Part shown: piece after piece, positions 61,581 to 64,000 of the stretch
How the letters are laid out: every line of letters begins with the position of its first letter
How positions within the stretch are numbered: position 1 is the stretch's first letter
From: the human T2T-CHM13v2.0 reference genome, Homo sapiens
Assembly: GCF_009914755.1 (NCBI RefSeq)
Contig: NC_060932.1
Reading direction: 5' to 3' (one strand)
DNA length: 64,000 bases
Position numbers and translations under genes: made by a program
Notes under the pieces: model-generated
What the model was told of the DNA's origin: nothing
What the model saw: only the letters and a program-made list of their open reading frames with translations
Database searches by the model: none

Positions 61581-63069
61581 AGGTAGAGTCACAGATTTCC
61601 AAACCAGTAGACAATCACCTTGAAAATGACACCAAGACTTCGCATGTCCATACCACAAGATTGGTGCTGTTATTATCCAGAGTTTTCACAGATAAGGAAA
61701 CCGGCATAGCTGGCTAATAGCACTTCTCCAAGCTAGAAAGTGGCAGAGATGGAATTTGACCCTAGCAGTCTAGTTCCAGGATTTTCTCCTCTGGGAAGCC
61801 CCAGTAAAGGTTTGAGTAATGAATGATTGATAGAATTGGGGGCACATTATGTTGTGTTTACTTATCACACTTAATCATGCCCATTTCTTTACTGCTAAGA
61901 GCTTGATTCATTACTGAAGAAAAAAGGTCAGTTGGTAACAAATAAATCATTTGTGTCTTTGAGAACATCAGCAACTTTGAAGAAAAGGGGGTGAGGATGT
62001 CTATTGAGTTGATAGCCTAATGACATTAAAAGCAAATGTCCTTAGTAAATGGTCAAACAATGATATTATTTTTCAAGTCAATAAAGAAGATGTGTATATA
62101 TTAAAGTTACAAATATATATGTCTTCTTTATTGAGTTGAAATGATGAATATATATGTACATATTCATCCTTTTAAGTTGGTGAATTATTAAATGGCTACA
62201 GTACTTTGGGAACAAATTCTTCCTTTTATAAAGGACACAGCCTTGGGAGTTGTCCAGGGCATTCTCTCTTCTCTTGATCAAAGTGTTTAAGTCTTCAATA
62301 TCATTCCTGTCTGCAGAAACTCCAGGCCCTGTTCCAAGGCCTGCCCTTGGTGAATTATAAAGGGGGAGCAATTTGTCTTCAGCACAAAGTTGCTATGTGT
62401 GTTTGCTCTGAGACTTTTTCCCCCTCTGTGTAATAGAGTAGGTGCACTGCCCTTGCTGGGTGCACTGGGGGATTCAGTGGCACCACAGTGTGCAAGCTGG
62501 GGCTCAGCATGGGGTCTGGCAGCTAATGGGCATCCAGTACATCTTCGGCCCATTCCTTTCAGGCTCCTACAGTCTCGTGTTGCTTCCTCGGCCACTAGCA
62601 CCTTGTGGCTCACCTATAAAAGACTCAGTGACCAGGCAACAACCTCCTGAGAATACTGTAGACAGGAAACCCTTAGCCTGGCTCTATTACTGAGAACTGC
62701 TAGTAATCAGCTCAGTGACCTTGGAAAAATCGTGTGGATTCTCTCAGTTTCTCATCCATATAAGGGACAGTATTCATAAGAGAAGCACTAAGTTCCCTTC
62801 TAATTTTGACATTTAATGTGTCATCAGACATGCGTTCCATTCCATGCAAACATTTGTTGCCTTAGATGAAAAAAGTACAAGTTCAATAAGAAACTCAGCT
62901 CAAATATGTTACTCTTATTCAATATCAGTGCTGTCTCCCCTAATTGAATGTAATTAAACACATCTCCTATTGTTTTAAGGTATTCTTAAATAAACATTTT
63001 AAACTTAATTTCAAAATTAAAAATTTTTAATGAAATGAATCAGACAGATAAAATAGTTACATATATATG

Positions 63070-63073
<4 letters not shown>

Positions 63074-63135
<62 letters not shown>
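63074..63135 (+). repeat. (TA)~24 followed by (GA)n
   Basis: Direct observation. Confidence 0.95.
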
Positions 63136-63136
<1 letters not shown>

Positions 63137-63149
63137 TAGATAAACAGAG

Positions 63150-64000
63150 ATGGCACATACATCTTCATTATAACAATATTAAAACTTAGTACACCCAATC
63201 TAGTCTCAGGACGAGATCATAGTCTGTACCTATGCAGTGTCCTCTGTGCCCTTTCCTGATCCCATTCCCATCTCTCTCCCCCTTCAGGTGACATTTCTGA
63301 CATTTCTCAATTTTGTGTTATTAAGTTCCATGTTTTACGTTTTTCCATATGTATATATCACATAAAATGGTTGTTTAGTTATTTTAGTCAAAGGAAGTAA
63401 GTTATTTGTATTCTTCTGAGGCCTGTTAATTTTTTTTTCTGAACATGTTTTCTTTTGGTGCTAGACATGTTGATGTAGTAACTCTAAATTCACTCATTGC
63501 TATTGCTGAATAATATTCCATTATAAGAATAAACCAGAATTTATGAGATTCCACAGCTATATTCAGTTTCTTCTGAGTATGGAGGGTGTGTGTGTGTGTG
63601 TGTGTGTGAGTGTGCGTGTGAGTGTGAGTGTGTGAGAGAGTGTGAGTGTGTGTGTGTGAGAGTGTGTGTGTGAGTGTGTGTGTGAGAGTGTGTGTATGTG
63701 TCTGAGCATGCACATTTCCAATAAGGGTGCTAAGACTATTAATGTATTCACCTCTTGGTACACTTATGCCTGTTTTCTCTATGCATTTAAGAGGACAATT
63801 GCTGAATTATAGAGTACATACATGTTCCAATGTACGGGTAGTCCCACATTATTTTCTGAAAGGATTGTATCATTTTAAACTCGCATCAGCAGGGGGCACA
63901 AGTTCCCATGGCTACGTGTCTTCCTAATACCTGATAAGGTCAGACTCTGATTTTGCCAGTCTAATGAATTGGAAATGGCCTTTTGTGCAGAAATGGTTTT
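63150..64000 (-). mobile_element. L1ME-like remnant interrupted by a (TG/AG)n tract at 63586-63700
   Basis: cattgctattgctgaataatattccatt...aattgctgaattatagagtatac...cagactctgattttgccagtcta. Confidence 0.65.

Overview
Primate (most likely human) genomic DNA with no intact cellular protein-coding exon that I can support. About half of the window is interspersed repeats: the 3' part of a disrupted L1PA (1-3827), old L1MC/L1ME fragments, about 12 Alus, many MIR/L2 remnants, MaLR/ERVL solo LTRs and hAT/mariner MITEs. The main functional landmark is a ~1 kb CpG island at ~52.55-53.55 kb. It has GC boxes, an RFX X-box-like motif and two strong minus-strand splice donors, and looks like the promoter and alternative non-coding first exons of a minus-strand gene whose long first intron would cover the left ~52 kb. 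It reminds me of the distal DAB1 promoter, but I cannot verify that. The most unusual structure is a 166-bp, ~98% identical inverted repeat with a 113-bp spacer at 60559-61003, with no transposon origin I recognise. A cluster of local direct, tandem and inverted micro-duplications lies at 15.6-27.4 kb. Repeat family names come from recalled consensus sequences, and old-repeat boundaries are approximate. I see no clear evidence of a new multi-gene system.
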